IMG/VR virus record: IMGVR_UViG_3300029305_002311 | Length of the DNA: 64,000 bases | Origin: a virus | Strand: one strand, 5' to 3' | Program-made: the position numbers and the translations under genes | Part shown: positions 56,201-64,000 of the stretch, piece after piece | How positions within the stretch are numbered: position 1 is the first letter of the stretch | Layout: every line of letters begins with the position of its first letter | The notes under the pieces: model-generated | What the model was told of the DNA's origin: nothing | Database searches by the model: none | Seen by the model: only the letters and a program-made list of their open reading frames with translations

Positions 56201-56637
56201 TGTTTTTTATCTGCATCTGACTGAGACTCTTGTGTGCTTTCTAATACATCACTGTAAGCTCTTTGCCCATTTATTAAAAGCTTGTTAGACTCTTTAATAA
56301 GCTTTATAGACTCTTCAAAATCTATATTTCTAGTTTCTTTTACATATTTTAATGTTTTTAGCTGTTCTTCTAATGCTTTCTGTTGTTTATTAAATCTATT
56401 TTGTTCAACTTTGCTTAAATTCTTAGTAAGAGAAGCAATTTCATTGTAATATTTAAGCATTTGTTCTAATTGACCCTTAGTACTGTCTAAGTACCCAGAA
56501 TCTTCTCTATAAAATCTTTCAGAGTAAGCATTTCCTGCCATTCTATTTTGAAGATTTCCAGTCACTCCCATGTTTGGAGTTCCATTAGAACTATATGAAA
56601 TCTGTCCTCCACCAGAATTATTTCCATTAGTTGCCAT
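53290..56637 (-). CDS. tail tape measure protein with C-terminal M23 (LytM-type) peptidase domain
   Basis: 1115 aa. Long helical N-terminal part and a Gly/Ala-rich hydrophobic core. HRGLDFAAATGTPIRAAHGG...YGHLS...GDLIGYVGNTGNSTGSHLHFQV (HxxxD and HxH, ~53.64-53.93 kb). Located after the tube/chaperone genes. Confidence 0.9.
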   Translation of the reverse strand: MATNGNNSGGGQISYSSNGTPNMGVTGNLQNRMAGNAYSERFYREDSGYLDSTKGQLEQMLKYYNEIASLTKNLSKVEQNRFNKQQKALEEQLKTLKYVKETRNIDFEESIKLIKESNKLLINGQRAYSDVLESTQESQSDADKKHLGSLKEAMRYMNKVKEIADDTNKDMKDTANTLNKTSADLGKSLSTTLKNAANFTKDLSNMLNLQSIANPEQAAKSRLSARNQLMKQFGMTSDSQYSRFSQSLVSELQNMNAQMGDLFSADDMYAYFEKIDKYNITSQKVAEQQMRASIIGNKYLGVSDETQQAIFKYMKQTNDYTMLDKHNRTIVGLLKSELGVSQEQLTALSDIAYGSTDSKYAIGMSDKAISAQNAAMTTMGTVLTNMYGDTTAKAISNAFNDFITNPGSEGWISIFGSDYSRLYNTLTTNTSEAGQRDAIYAWLDSFSKSSLFNQTSSNPLGNALMQKQLNGIADVVGDDVISAMKRFDGGQYSEKESQAIAGILKTTSKDVEEYVKDTTELTMLEKISNSASLMSEQILGYKGTMNLANAAFAMYLASGAVSLFKGLGNFISGWKNGGGLAAGLSKMLGGGASSTGLLASGGALATGLTYAAAVAAPIAITAGIGKLSDYFDKKAVSKEGDKYAMNNPQDELAQTNNLYKELKGTDAVNSKYGTGTFGQAWKTVGTGFAELWNTTAGRIGGAEHDNRNYLNIIRNNERQNAYFVGNQGQYLTELLYYILADKAGMLSQFGFTEEELKEVVKNEGWTPSFIIEQLKSNDDLWKYAPKTSGGYQLEKDTVLKDTAWFDRYLMNGLSYVPRDGFRALLHKGEMVLNAKEANAYRGLEKNVGGQSDSLYNKQQKIILGKTVSSRTDVGYAGKEMGLPSGWSLTSAYGTYTNRDVNNDGLIDRHRGLDFAAATGTPIRAAHGGTIYFSSSEGGYGNTIRIHDKATGFYNRYGHLSRFANIKNGATVNRGDLIGYVGNTGNSTGSHLHFQVNKTNNESDDINPWPYVTLDMFGGSGSLGLGDATSSASSSSGLVNAAASPSTRRFIPGANIARNSEKNVGGSDTGATRIVSSVDGGFNKLISYLESISKKQDEQQMLLDAFSKSRTSGPDF

Positions 56638-56650
56638 TAAGTCTCACCTC

Positions 56651-56887
56651 CTACAATAGTGAACGTTTATGTTCTTTTCTCCATTCTGTAAGATATGTAG
56701 CCAATTCTTTTCTAGAGTAAGAATCTAAAGAATCCGAATATTGAAAAGAAACGCCTAAATCAAGAAGATAGAATTGCTCTTCATAGACTGTATTCAATGA
56801 ATTCGCTATGAAAGCTAAAGTATCTTTGATATTTTCAGGCGTTTCTACAATTTCTTTATTCAGTAGGATGAAAGAACTCTGGGCTAA
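56651..56887 (-). CDS. +1-frame extension ORF of the tail assembly chaperone (no ATG, no SD)
   Basis: 78-codon open frame overlapping the last 10 codons of 56856..57587. The -1 frame is closed. A UUC UUU C run sits at 56876-70. Confidence 0.4.
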   Translation of the reverse strand, partial: LAQSSFILLNKEIVETPENIKDTLAFIANSLNTVYEEQFYLLDLGVSFQYSDSLDSYSRKELATYLTEWRKEHKRSLL

Positions 56888-57587
56888 TTAACCCAGCTAC
56901 CTCCATTTCCTCACCGCATCTACTACATACTCTTTCATTAGAATTATCTAGACTAAAGTCTAGTTTGCTAATAGCTTTTTGTATTGTGTTTAAATCTCTT
57001 AAGTTTAAGTTATCTACGTAATGTAATTTATCTTCATTGCTTTCGAAGTCTTCGCCGTTTCTAGTCACTATAAGTTCTGATAATTTAAGCAATAACTCAT
57101 ATTCTTCTGGATTTTTTAGTTTACCTTTGCTTACTTTTTGTTTAACTGTTTTTTCTATTCTTTGAGTATCTCCTCTGCTTAATAATTTAAGTTGAAGAGT
57201 ATCTTTATTCACTGGTAATGTTACTGTAAGCTTTTCTTCTATTCCTTCAGTGTCTAATATCTCTACACTCATTTCAGATATATCTATTTCTACAGGCTGT
57301 TTAGTTCCACAATGAGGGCATACAACCTCTTGCATGTATGTATTACCAAAAGTTAACTCTCTTAATGCAAATGTTAGATACATTATATCATTTTGATGTA
57401 GAGTAGTGGTATCTAAATCCTTTGGTTCAATACAACATGATTTGATAAGTCTGTCTAAAAATCCTAAATCTCTAGAAGTATAAAGTAATTTCTCCTCTTT
57501 TGTAGTCATTGCTCTTAATGTAATTTCTTTTGGTCCACCGAAATAACCATTACTTGGTAGCTTAAATGTTTTTTCAAAACTTTCCAT
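56856..57587 (-). CDS. putative tail assembly chaperone (Zn-ribbon containing)
   Basis: 243 aa. Sits between the tube and tape measure genes. CPHCG and CSRCG pairs. Followed by an overlapping out-of-frame ORF, as in G/GT-type chaperone pairs. Confidence 0.5.
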   Translation of the reverse strand: MESFEKTFKLPSNGYFGGPKEITLRAMTTKEEKLLYTSRDLGFLDRLIKSCCIEPKDLDTTTLHQNDIMYLTFALRELTFGNTYMQEVVCPHCGTKQPVEIDISEMSVEILDTEGIEEKLTVTLPVNKDTLQLKLLSRGDTQRIEKTVKQKVSKGKLKNPEEYELLLKLSELIVTRNGEDFESNEDKLHYVDNLNLRDLNTIQKAISKLDFSLDNSNERVCSRCGEEMEVAGLISPEFFHPTE

Positions 57588-57734
57588 AAATTGATTCCTC
57601 CTAAAATTATTCTAATACTTTACTTTAAAATATTCTACATATTTTATTATTCCTCTAATATTATATATAACTAAGCAACAATTTACTATTCTCTTATATT
57701 TCACTAATTATAGCTAACACTAAGATAATAAACA

Positions 57735-57781
57735 ATATAAATGACTTCAGAAAATGTATCTGAAGTCATTCTGGTGCTTTC
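57735..57781 (-). promoter_or_regulatory. conserved intergenic box + TATAT element, copy F (contains a perfect 11-bp hairpin)
   Basis: Minus strand reads AAAGCACCAGAATGACTTCAGATACATTTTCTG-N8-TATATTG. AATGACTTCAG (57740-50) and CTGAAGTCATT (57760-70) form an inverted repeat. Lies 17 nt after the tube gene stop. Confidence 0.55.
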
Positions 57782-57797
57782 GTTTTTACTATGATTA

Positions 57798-58382
57798 TTA
57801 TTTATCTAAGTCTTCTCTATAAGCGTAATCGTAAGTTATAGTCACAGTTATTTGTTTTTCTCCACCGTCATCATAAGTTAATTCTCCATATTCAACTGAT
57901 GATGGCCAACATCCAACTAGTTTCCAAGTTCTCATTTGCTCACCGTTTGGAGTATACTCTATAACTGTAGCTCTTATTTTATAATCAGCTGCTAATCCCA
58001 TAATACCAGTTTTTGGATTATAAACTCTGTTTCTCCAGTTAAGGAATTGTTTTTCTGTATCATAGTCTATAGCATCTCTTAGAACTAAATTTGTAGTTTC
58101 AAAAGTAGTTCTTCCAGCTGTTTTTATAGTTTGATTAAAGTAGTTAACATCATTTGATTCAGTAGTTTCTTTAGGTAAAGGAAAGTTAACTACCATAAAT
58201 CTTAAATTTGGATTTATATAAGAATTATCTATGTTATCTGGGTCATTTGATGCTTCTGAACTTCCAAAGTATATTTCAAAGTGATTTTTTCTTTGTAACT
58301 GGAATTCTTTTCTATTAAATCTTGTGGCTAATAAGCTTCCATCTGTTTGCATTGTATGTTTATTAGGGTTGTTTTCTGCCAT
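57798..58382 (-). CDS. tail tube protein
   Basis: 194-aa ORF immediately downstream of the sheath gene. Beta-rich. Size and position match gp19-type tube proteins. Confidence 0.7.
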   Translation of the reverse strand: MAENNPNKHTMQTDGSLLATRFNRKEFQLQRKNHFEIYFGSSEASNDPDNIDNSYINPNLRFMVVNFPLPKETTESNDVNYFNQTIKTAGRTTFETTNLVLRDAIDYDTEKQFLNWRNRVYNPKTGIMGLAADYKIRATVIEYTPNGEQMRTWKLVGCWPSSVEYGELTYDDGGEKQITVTITYDYAYREDLDK

Positions 58383-58402
58383 AATCTATCTAACCTCCTC
58401 TA

Positions 58403-59914
58403 CTATATTTCCACTACAGCTGTGATTTCATCAGTGACTGTAAAGTCTATAGTGATGAATTCTGCAACTTCTTGTGGTTTTATTTTGATGATACCGTTCA
58501 ATTCATTTCTAGCTATTGTTTCTTCAGTATTTATAGTTCCATCCATTATTACTTTATAGTCTGAAATTCCATTACCAGATTTAATGTTTTCTAATAAAGA
58601 TTCTACTCTATCTTTCCATCCTACAAAAGTGCTTGTAGTAATTGGTTCAAATAAGTAGTCATAAGAAACTAAGTAAGCTCTTCTAGTAATATATTTTACT
58701 AATCTAGCTACATTTACTCTATCAAAGAAATTAGAGTTAGAAGATGTAGTTTTATTTCCCCAGATTATAAATCCTTTACCAGAAATATTATTTATGCAGT
58801 TAACTGCCATTTCAGCATCATATAAAGCAGACATTTGTTCTTCTGTTAATTTAACTGCTAGTTTATTAACTAATGGTAAAGTACCTCTATTTACACCAGC
58901 TGGAGCTCCCCATTTCATTATGCTATCATTTTTTGCATATCCGTTTAATACTGCAATTGAAGCTGGTATTTCAGCATCAAAGTCTGTATAGTATACATTA
59001 GGGAAATACAATGCTAAAGTTCCTCTATCATCAGGCGAGTAATTAGCTATGGCTCCATTAAATTCTTCAACAGTATCAGCTTTTGGAGAGGCTAATACAA
59101 CGAAGTTATTTTTTTGAGCTAATTCTATAGCATAATTAACTACTTCATAGTTAGTGTATTCTGGTATAACCATTACATCTATATTTTTGTCTTGTCCATC
59201 ATATAAGTCTATTAATTCTTTTACTTTTGCAGTTTCTACTGGAGTAGTGTTTCCACAGTTTCCTCTTTCTATATAAGCAGAGAATCCAGAAACAAACTCA
59301 TCTAATTCTGGAACTTCATCTTCTGCAGTTTTTCCTATGAAAGCATTTGTTAAAGTGATTCCTAAGTTAGCTGAATTTATAGAATTTACTAATTTATTTA
59401 GTATAAATTCTAAACCACCAACTAGAGTTTCTCCTTCATATTCTGCAGCTTTAAGAACGTCTGCTGTACAATCTTCTTTAATTGAGATTGTGTTCTTTCC
59501 AGTAATTGCAGATAAATCAATCCATAGTTTATGAGTTTCTCCATCATATACTAATTTTATCTCTTTTCCATTAAATAAATCTGTTTTGTAATTTGTTTCA
59601 ACTGTGAATAAATCTAATCCTCCAGCTGATTTTACAGTTGCAGTTCCTACAGTAGCTTCGTTTTCATTAGCTATTCTAGTAACTAAAACATAAGAATAAG
59701 TTCTTAAGTAAGTTTGCATTGCGTAAGCACTTGGAGTAGTAGTGTCAGATTCACCGAAAATAGATTTGAATCCAGCTTCACTAGTTATAGTTTCTACAGT
59801 TCCTATAGGTCCAGATTTAGTCTTCATAATAACTACTGGTACGAATGGAATAAGAGTATTAGCTGTTGCTAGTGTTTCTTCTCCAACGTTTACTTTTACA
59901 TTTGGTAAAGCCAT
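58403..59914 (-). CDS. contractile tail sheath protein
   Basis: 503 aa. The C-terminal part, GFIIWGNKT...FDRVNVARLVKYITRRAYLVSYDYLFEPITTSTFVGWKDRVESLLENIK...YKVIMDGTINT, matches the sheath C-terminal domain pattern (wG.rT...vnv.Rl...i.......fEp.....w). Confidence 0.85.
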   Translation of the reverse strand: MALPNVKVNVGEETLATANTLIPFVPVVIMKTKSGPIGTVETITSEAGFKSIFGESDTTTPSAYAMQTYLRTYSYVLVTRIANENEATVGTATVKSAGGLDLFTVETNYKTDLFNGKEIKLVYDGETHKLWIDLSAITGKNTISIKEDCTADVLKAAEYEGETLVGGLEFILNKLVNSINSANLGITLTNAFIGKTAEDEVPELDEFVSGFSAYIERGNCGNTTPVETAKVKELIDLYDGQDKNIDVMVIPEYTNYEVVNYAIELAQKNNFVVLASPKADTVEEFNGAIANYSPDDRGTLALYFPNVYYTDFDAEIPASIAVLNGYAKNDSIMKWGAPAGVNRGTLPLVNKLAVKLTEEQMSALYDAEMAVNCINNISGKGFIIWGNKTTSSNSNFFDRVNVARLVKYITRRAYLVSYDYLFEPITTSTFVGWKDRVESLLENIKSGNGISDYKVIMDGTINTEETIARNELNGIIKIKPQEVAEFITIDFTVTDEITAVVEI

Positions 59915-59928
59915 ATTTATTTCCTCCT

Positions 59929-60549
59929 TTATAAATTATCTGTTGGTTCTACTTCAACATTTGGATGTAGAACTGTGAAGTAATTTTCACTTCTTAATAG
60001 TGTTGCGTGTACTTGTATTCCAAGTGTATATCTATAAATTTTACCCTCTGAATGATACAATGATAAATCTGAATTATCAACAATTTGGTCATCTATATCA
60101 AAAGAGTATTTTAATTTTTTTCCTTGATAAGTAATTTCTACTTCTTGATTTTCAAATAACCAAAACAATAATTCTTGCATTAATTGTTCTGCACTTAATC
60201 TGTCTGTGCCCCAAACATCTATCTGGTAGCCTATTATTATATATATGAACTTAGCATTTTTAGCTAAACGCTCATTAGTCCCTTTAAACTCTCCTGTCTT
60301 CGTAAAAGTAGGGAGTGGGTTTTGAAAAGACAGACCCTCTTTATATGAAGGGTAAGCTGTATTTCTCTTATCTATAGCTATAGTAGTGTTAGGGTATAAA
60401 CTTATGAACGGGAAAGTTATCTTACCCTCTGTGTTCTTAAAAGCGTATTCAAATGCAGTGTTTACTGGCTGTAAGATTATATCTCCATTAAATACTTCTT
60501 TGAATAGTTTTTTAAGACCTTCTCCATATTGGCTAAAATTACTAAACAT
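59929..60549 (-). CDS. putative tail completion/terminator protein
   Basis: 206-aa ORF directly upstream of the sheath gene. Positional inference only. Confidence 0.35.
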   Translation of the reverse strand: MFSNFSQYGEGLKKLFKEVFNGDIILQPVNTAFEYAFKNTEGKITFPFISLYPNTTIAIDKRNTAYPSYKEGLSFQNPLPTFTKTGEFKGTNERLAKNAKFIYIIIGYQIDVWGTDRLSAEQLMQELLFWLFENQEVEITYQGKKLKYSFDIDDQIVDNSDLSLYHSEGKIYRYTLGIQVHATLLRSENYFTVLHPNVEVEPTDNL

Positions 60550-60552
60550 GCA

Positions 60553-60882
60553 TCAATTCTCCTTCATATTAAAGTTTCTAATTAAGGATTGCTTTGCTTT
60601 AGATAATATATGAGTTGGCTTTGCACCTTCTCCACCATATTCTAAATATCTTAAAATAAGATTAAATCTGGTATGTTCTGGTGCTTCTAGATAACCATTC
60701 TTGAATGTTATACTATTTAAAGCTTCATGCAATTCTTCTTCAGTGAATATTGATAGAAACTGTTTAAAAGCTAAATCTTCATTTAATTTGCTTTTGTTTA
60801 TTTCTATCAATATTAAATTTCTATATAATTCTCTTAAAGAACGAGCTCCAGTTAGATAATCTCTACAATTTACTAATCTCAT
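60553..60882 (-). CDS. hypothetical neck/tail protein
   Basis: 109-aa ORF with a 4-nt overlap onto the upstream gene. Confidence 0.5.
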   Translation of the reverse strand: MRLVNCRDYLTGARSLRELYRNLILIEINKSKLNEDLAFKQFLSIFTEEELHEALNSITFKNGYLEAPEHTRFNLILRYLEYGGEGAKPTHILSKAKQSLIRNFNMKEN

Positions 60883-61433
60883 AATAAATCTTCTTCTCCG
60901 ATTAGTTTTCTATTAAGAAATCTATTCTCATTAGTCATATCATTAGGTGTAGGAACTGGGTTTGTTGGAGTTAGTTGTTTTCTATGAGGAGCTAAATTAC
61001 ATATAAACATAGCTAAATCCAAGTCAGTTTTTACATCAACGATATCAAACTTTTCTGTTTGGTAAGAATTTTCATTATGAGGGTCTAACCTTGCAGAAAT
61101 TTCTAATATGGCTCCTTCTGAAGGATTTATGTTATTATCTTCAGAATCTTTAAAAGTTAAATAGCAAAGTATTGGTTTTGAATCAGACCCTTCTGTATAC
61201 CAACCATATTTTAATAGTTGAGCTTTTTTAGGGTTCTCTACTAAATAATAAGAAACAGTTACTGGAGTTTTCCATTGATAATACTCATCAGTATTAACTT
61301 GGTTCTCAGTTAACACTTCATAAAGAAGTCCAGAGCGACCTTGAAGGTTTGCTCCTTCTACAAAGTGTTTTCTATACATCTCTATCTCTCTAAAAGAAGG
61401 GTATAATTTTCCTCTAAACTTCTTATCTGACAT
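60879..61433 (-). CDS. hypothetical neck/tail protein
   Basis: 184-aa ORF in the head-tail joining region. Confidence 0.5.
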   Translation of the reverse strand: MSDKKFRGKLYPSFREIEMYRKHFVEGANLQGRSGLLYEVLTENQVNTDEYYQWKTPVTVSYYLVENPKKAQLLKYGWYTEGSDSKPILCYLTFKDSEDNNINPSEGAILEISARLDPHNENSYQTEKFDIVDVKTDLDLAMFICNLAPHRKQLTPTNPVPTPNDMTNENRFLNRKLIGEEDLL

Positions 61434-61442
61434 AGTTTCCTC

Positions 61443-62417
61443 CTATTCTTCTACTTTTTCCTCTACTTCAGTTTCTTCAGCTTTAGTTATTACTTCTTCA
61501 TCTTCTTTTACAAGTTCTTCTGATTCATTTTTTAAGTCTAACTCAAAAGAATCATACATTCCATTAGCAAATTTTACAGCTTTTATTCCATCAGCTTGTT
61601 TGAATAAAAGATATGGAGTTTTGTGAACTTTTACTATGCCTATGAATTTCATATCTGATGAGTCTAATAATTCTACTTTAGCTTCATTTTCAGTTGATAC
61701 ATTTACTATGTTATCTGCATCATCTAATTCAATATCTAAATCCCATCCAAGATTTCTATAAGTTGATTCATCTAGTTCTTCAGACTCTTCCATTCCCCTA
61801 GCGACTCTTACTCTATGTAAAACATCTTTTCTTCTATCTTCTGCATCATATGCATCTTTTTGTCTATTGTCTCTATATTTTTTGTGAAACTCTAAATCTC
61901 TTTGAGCTTTCTTAACTTTATCTTCATAATAATCCATTGATTTATCTGCGTGTTCTACTGAAGATTCAGCGTCTTTTCTATCTTTTACTGCTTTTTTATA
62001 ATCTTTTATATTTTGAGATATACCGTCTGAATATTGAGCCATTTCATCTCTATCAGCTGAAGCATACCCTTTTCCTTTACCAGTTTTTATTCCTTTAGGA
62101 ACATACTCTGGGTAGTATTTACCTTGACGAGATTTTTTCTCTGTGTCTAATTGATTTTTAAAATCAACTTTTTTCTTATCTTCTCTAGAATATTCAGATG
62201 GGTCTAACCATCTTTTAGTTTTTGGGTTTCTTATTCCAAAAACTTTTCCATCAGATGTTTCTTCAGTTTCATATCCCATAGCTTTAATTTTTTCTTTATT
62301 TTTTCCAGCATTAGGATTAGCTAAAACTCTATTTACTTCTTCATTATCTTTATTAATCTTTTCATTAAGATTTTCTTGATAACTTTCAAATAGTTCGACA
62401 GTTTTACTATTTCTCAT
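61443..62417 (-). CDS. hypothetical highly charged (K/E/D-rich) protein
   Basis: 324-aa ORF, low complexity, acidic C-terminus. Confidence 0.5.
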   Translation of the reverse strand: MRNSKTVELFESYQENLNEKINKDNEEVNRVLANPNAGKNKEKIKAMGYETEETSDGKVFGIRNPKTKRWLDPSEYSREDKKKVDFKNQLDTEKKSRQGKYYPEYVPKGIKTGKGKGYASADRDEMAQYSDGISQNIKDYKKAVKDRKDAESSVEHADKSMDYYEDKVKKAQRDLEFHKKYRDNRQKDAYDAEDRRKDVLHRVRVARGMEESEELDESTYRNLGWDLDIELDDADNIVNVSTENEAKVELLDSSDMKFIGIVKVHKTPYLLFKQADGIKAVKFANGMYDSFELDLKNESEELVKEDEEVITKAEETEVEEKVEE

Positions 62418-62431
62418 CTTTATTCCTCCTA

Positions 62432-63088
62432 TTATAATATATAAATCTCACCAATTAATTGAGACTCTAAATTAGCTTTTTCTGCAGCAGCTTCTTGTAA
62501 TAAAGTATTACCGTCAAGAGTGTATGGGCTTCCATCTACTGAGAATTTGCTTCTTACTCTACCAACTAATTCTTTAGTTAGAGCTAAAACATACTCTTTA
62601 ACCCAGCTACAGTACATTGAGTCATCAGCTACATCAGATACTACTTTTGGTCTAACAGATAATTCTATTAGAACATTTTCTTGATAGTCATCTAAATATA
62701 AGTTTGGCTTAATGTATTTATGATTTATACTCTTTTGGTAATTAAATTCATTTTGTAGTACTTTATAAGATTGAAATCCTATAAATCTATTAATGAAAGT
62801 AGCATCATATAAGATTACTCCATTACCACCAAAAGCATACTCTTGAGCTGTGATTAAATCTGTGTTTTTACAGTTCCATACATTTCTAACTGCAACTACA
62901 GGCTCATGATTAGATAAATCTATTACTTTTCCAGAAGCTTGAATATATCTAACACCTTCATAATAAGGAGCTAGTTTATCTAGAGCCATCTTAATCATCT
63001 GATTTATATCTTTATTTTCAGCTTCAACATCAACCCAGTTTATACCAAGTTGAGTCTTTACATAATTTCTTACATCAGCTTCTGTCAT
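62432..63088 (-). CDS. hypothetical head-tail connector-region protein
   Basis: 218-aa ORF. Positional inference only. Confidence 0.45.
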   Translation of the reverse strand: MTEADVRNYVKTQLGINWVDVEAENKDINQMIKMALDKLAPYYEGVRYIQASGKVIDLSNHEPVVAVRNVWNCKNTDLITAQEYAFGGNGVILYDATFINRFIGFQSYKVLQNEFNYQKSINHKYIKPNLYLDDYQENVLIELSVRPKVVSDVADDSMYCSWVKEYVLALTKELVGRVRSKFSVDGSPYTLDGNTLLQEAAAEKANLESQLIGEIYIL

Positions 63089-63102
63089 AATTTACCTCCA
63101 GT

Positions 63103-63642
63103 TTATTTAGTGTATTCTTTATAAGCTTCAACAGCTATTAAATCTTCTGCATTAAATTTAGACATATTTCCTGATAATTGTCCTTTTGTAAGTTCTGAGA
63201 TTTTCTTTCCTTTATGTTTCGTAGAAGTTAATATATAATCTCCAGGATTGCTAACTTCTTTTTCTACTTCTTCTACTTTTGTTTCTTCAGATAAAGCAGC
63301 TTTTAACTCTTCTTCTGGTATTGGGCCAGCTACTAATTCAGATTTTAAATCTGCTACAGTTGCATTACTTTGAATAGGTCTATAATTATAATCCATTCTT
63401 GGTTGAACTGGTGCTATATTTTCTTGTAAATCTATTACTTTATAGCATCCATCTGGTTTAGCATTTAATTTATGGTCTAACAATAGAGGTCTTAGTTGTC
63501 TAAGAGCTTCTACTCCAGATTGAGTTAATCCTTTAATATAAATATCTCTACCTGCATTTATTTGTACTTCTCCATGTACAGGTAATGTGAAAGTGAAAGA
63601 GCCTTCTCCTTTAAAACTTACTTTTGCATTATAAGTATTCAT
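63103..63642 (-). CDS. hypothetical head-associated protein
   Basis: 179-aa ORF. First gene after the terminator at 63718-63740. GGAGG RBS. Confidence 0.5.
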   Translation of the reverse strand: MNTYNAKVSFKGEGSFTFTLPVHGEVQINAGRDIYIKGLTQSGVEALRQLRPLLLDHKLNAKPDGCYKVIDLQENIAPVQPRMDYNYRPIQSNATVADLKSELVAGPIPEEELKAALSEETKVEEVEKEVSNPGDYILTSTKHKGKKISELTKGQLSGNMSKFNAEDLIAVEAYKEYTK

Positions 63643-63717
63643 TTATAATTCCTCCTTTATATTATTGCTACAAATCGTAACTCTTAATAGTATTTATAAT
63701 TCTGTTGCAATTAAAAA

Positions 63718-63740
63718 CCCTCTGGCATTTTACCAGAGGG
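63718..63740 (-). terminator. rho-independent terminator
   Basis: CCCTCTGG / CCAGAGGG G+C-rich 8-bp stem with a 7-nt loop. On the minus strand it is followed by TTTTTAATT. Lies ~35 nt after the stop at 63775-63777. Confidence 0.8.
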
Positions 63741-63774
63741 TGAAAGGTTCATTTATAAGCAAACTAATTTATAA

Positions 63775-64000
63775 TTAGTTGTTTACATGTGTTATTAAAC
63801 CATTGCAGAAGAATTCTGGAGCTACTAATTTCTTTCCGTAAGAAGTAGCGTATCCTTGATGTCCAAAGAAGTCACTTCCCATTAAGAATTGAGTAGCCAT
63901 AATTGGCATATATGGTGCATATACGAATCCAGTATCTAGAGTAACATCTCCTCTGTATACTATAGTGAATTTGTCTGCTGGGTAATATGGATTTTTAACT
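63775..64000 (-). CDS. C-terminal end of a probable major capsid protein (5' part outside the window)
   Basis: The minus frame is open from the window edge to TAA at 63777-63775. It translates ...KNPYYPADKFTIVYRGDVTLDTGFVYAPYMPIMATQFLMGSDFFGHQGYATSYGKKLVAPEFFCNGLITHVNN. A strong terminator follows and neck genes lie downstream. The product call is positional plus a weak gp23-like GFVYAPYMP motif. Confidence 0.4.
   Translation of the reverse strand, partial: VKNPYYPADKFTIVYRGDVTLDTGFVYAPYMPIMATQFLMGSDFFGHQGYATSYGKKLVAPEFFCNGLITHVNN

Noticed and set aside
2581-60613. All plus-strand ORFs in the six-frame track (e.g. 2581..2889, 6943..7128, 10542..10790, 12957..13166, 16635..16820, 18843..19133, 19152..19424, 20484..20771, 27940..28227, 30864..31103, 39726..40007, 45719..45952, 51423..51653, 58347..58559, 60386..60613)
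   Set aside because: Each lies entirely antisense to a longer, better-supported minus-strand gene. None has an SD. Their low-complexity Ser/Leu/Phe-rich translations are typical of shadow frames in AT-rich DNA. Those inside the RBP array simply mirror the 72-nt repeat periodicity (LKLGT... repeats).
1-64000. tRNA, rRNA, integrase, transposase or CRISPR-Cas components
   Set aside because: No cloverleaf-like GTTCGAATC/T-loop signatures, rRNA-like conserved blocks or recombinase motifs were recognised anywhere in the window by eye. Absence should be confirmed with tRNAscan-SE/Infernal.

Overview
AT-rich window (roughly 28-30% G+C by eye). Every credible gene is on the minus strand, tightly packed, with strong GGAGG-type Shine-Dalgarno sites and the standard code (TAA, TAG and TGA all act as stops). 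It reads as one contiguous piece of a large contractile-tailed phage or prophage of a low-GC Firmicute. In transcription order (high to low coordinates): the end of a probable major capsid gene plus a strong terminator (63.7 kb); neck genes; tail sheath, tube and chaperone; a tape measure with a C-terminal M23 peptidase; a hub protein with an embedded lysozyme motif; a gp5/V-like spike; four fibre genes (two with tail-collar domains, one carrying an HxH array); gpX/LysM-like, gp25/W-like, gpJ-like and gpI-like baseplate genes; further fibre and structural genes, including an FN3 protein, a protein ending in a Hint domain and a papain-like peptidase. Next comes an ~18.6 kb array (12.2-30.8 kb) of at least 10 paralogous receptor-binding-type genes built from 24-aa DUF285/BspA-like repeats, interrupted by a GT2 glycosyltransferase and a weakly LplA-like gene. 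The window ends with a lysis-like cassette, a compositionally foreign HNH endonuclease and ~8.5 kb of small early genes behind three canonical sigma-A promoters. The most unusual observation concerns CGG codons. In a manual scan, the only in-frame CGG codons outside the HNH gene (four in total) all have the context G-CGG-A. Each sits exactly where a long ORF must shift +1 to continue into a downstream ORF that lacks an SD. Three sites are in receptor-binding paralogs and one is in the hub protein, which suggests a reused CGG-dependent +1 recoding device. Assembly indels or pseudogenisation are the alternative explanations. Other items: a probable +1 shift in the tail chaperone; a ~240-nt G+C-rich, hairpin-dense intergenic element (candidate ncRNA) at 4.9-5.15 kb; a conserved ~33-nt intergenic box plus TATATA element present six times, twice inverted relative to all genes; and conserved terminator-promoter cassettes bounding the receptor-binding genes. 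No tRNA, rRNA, CRISPR array, integrase or transposase was recognised.
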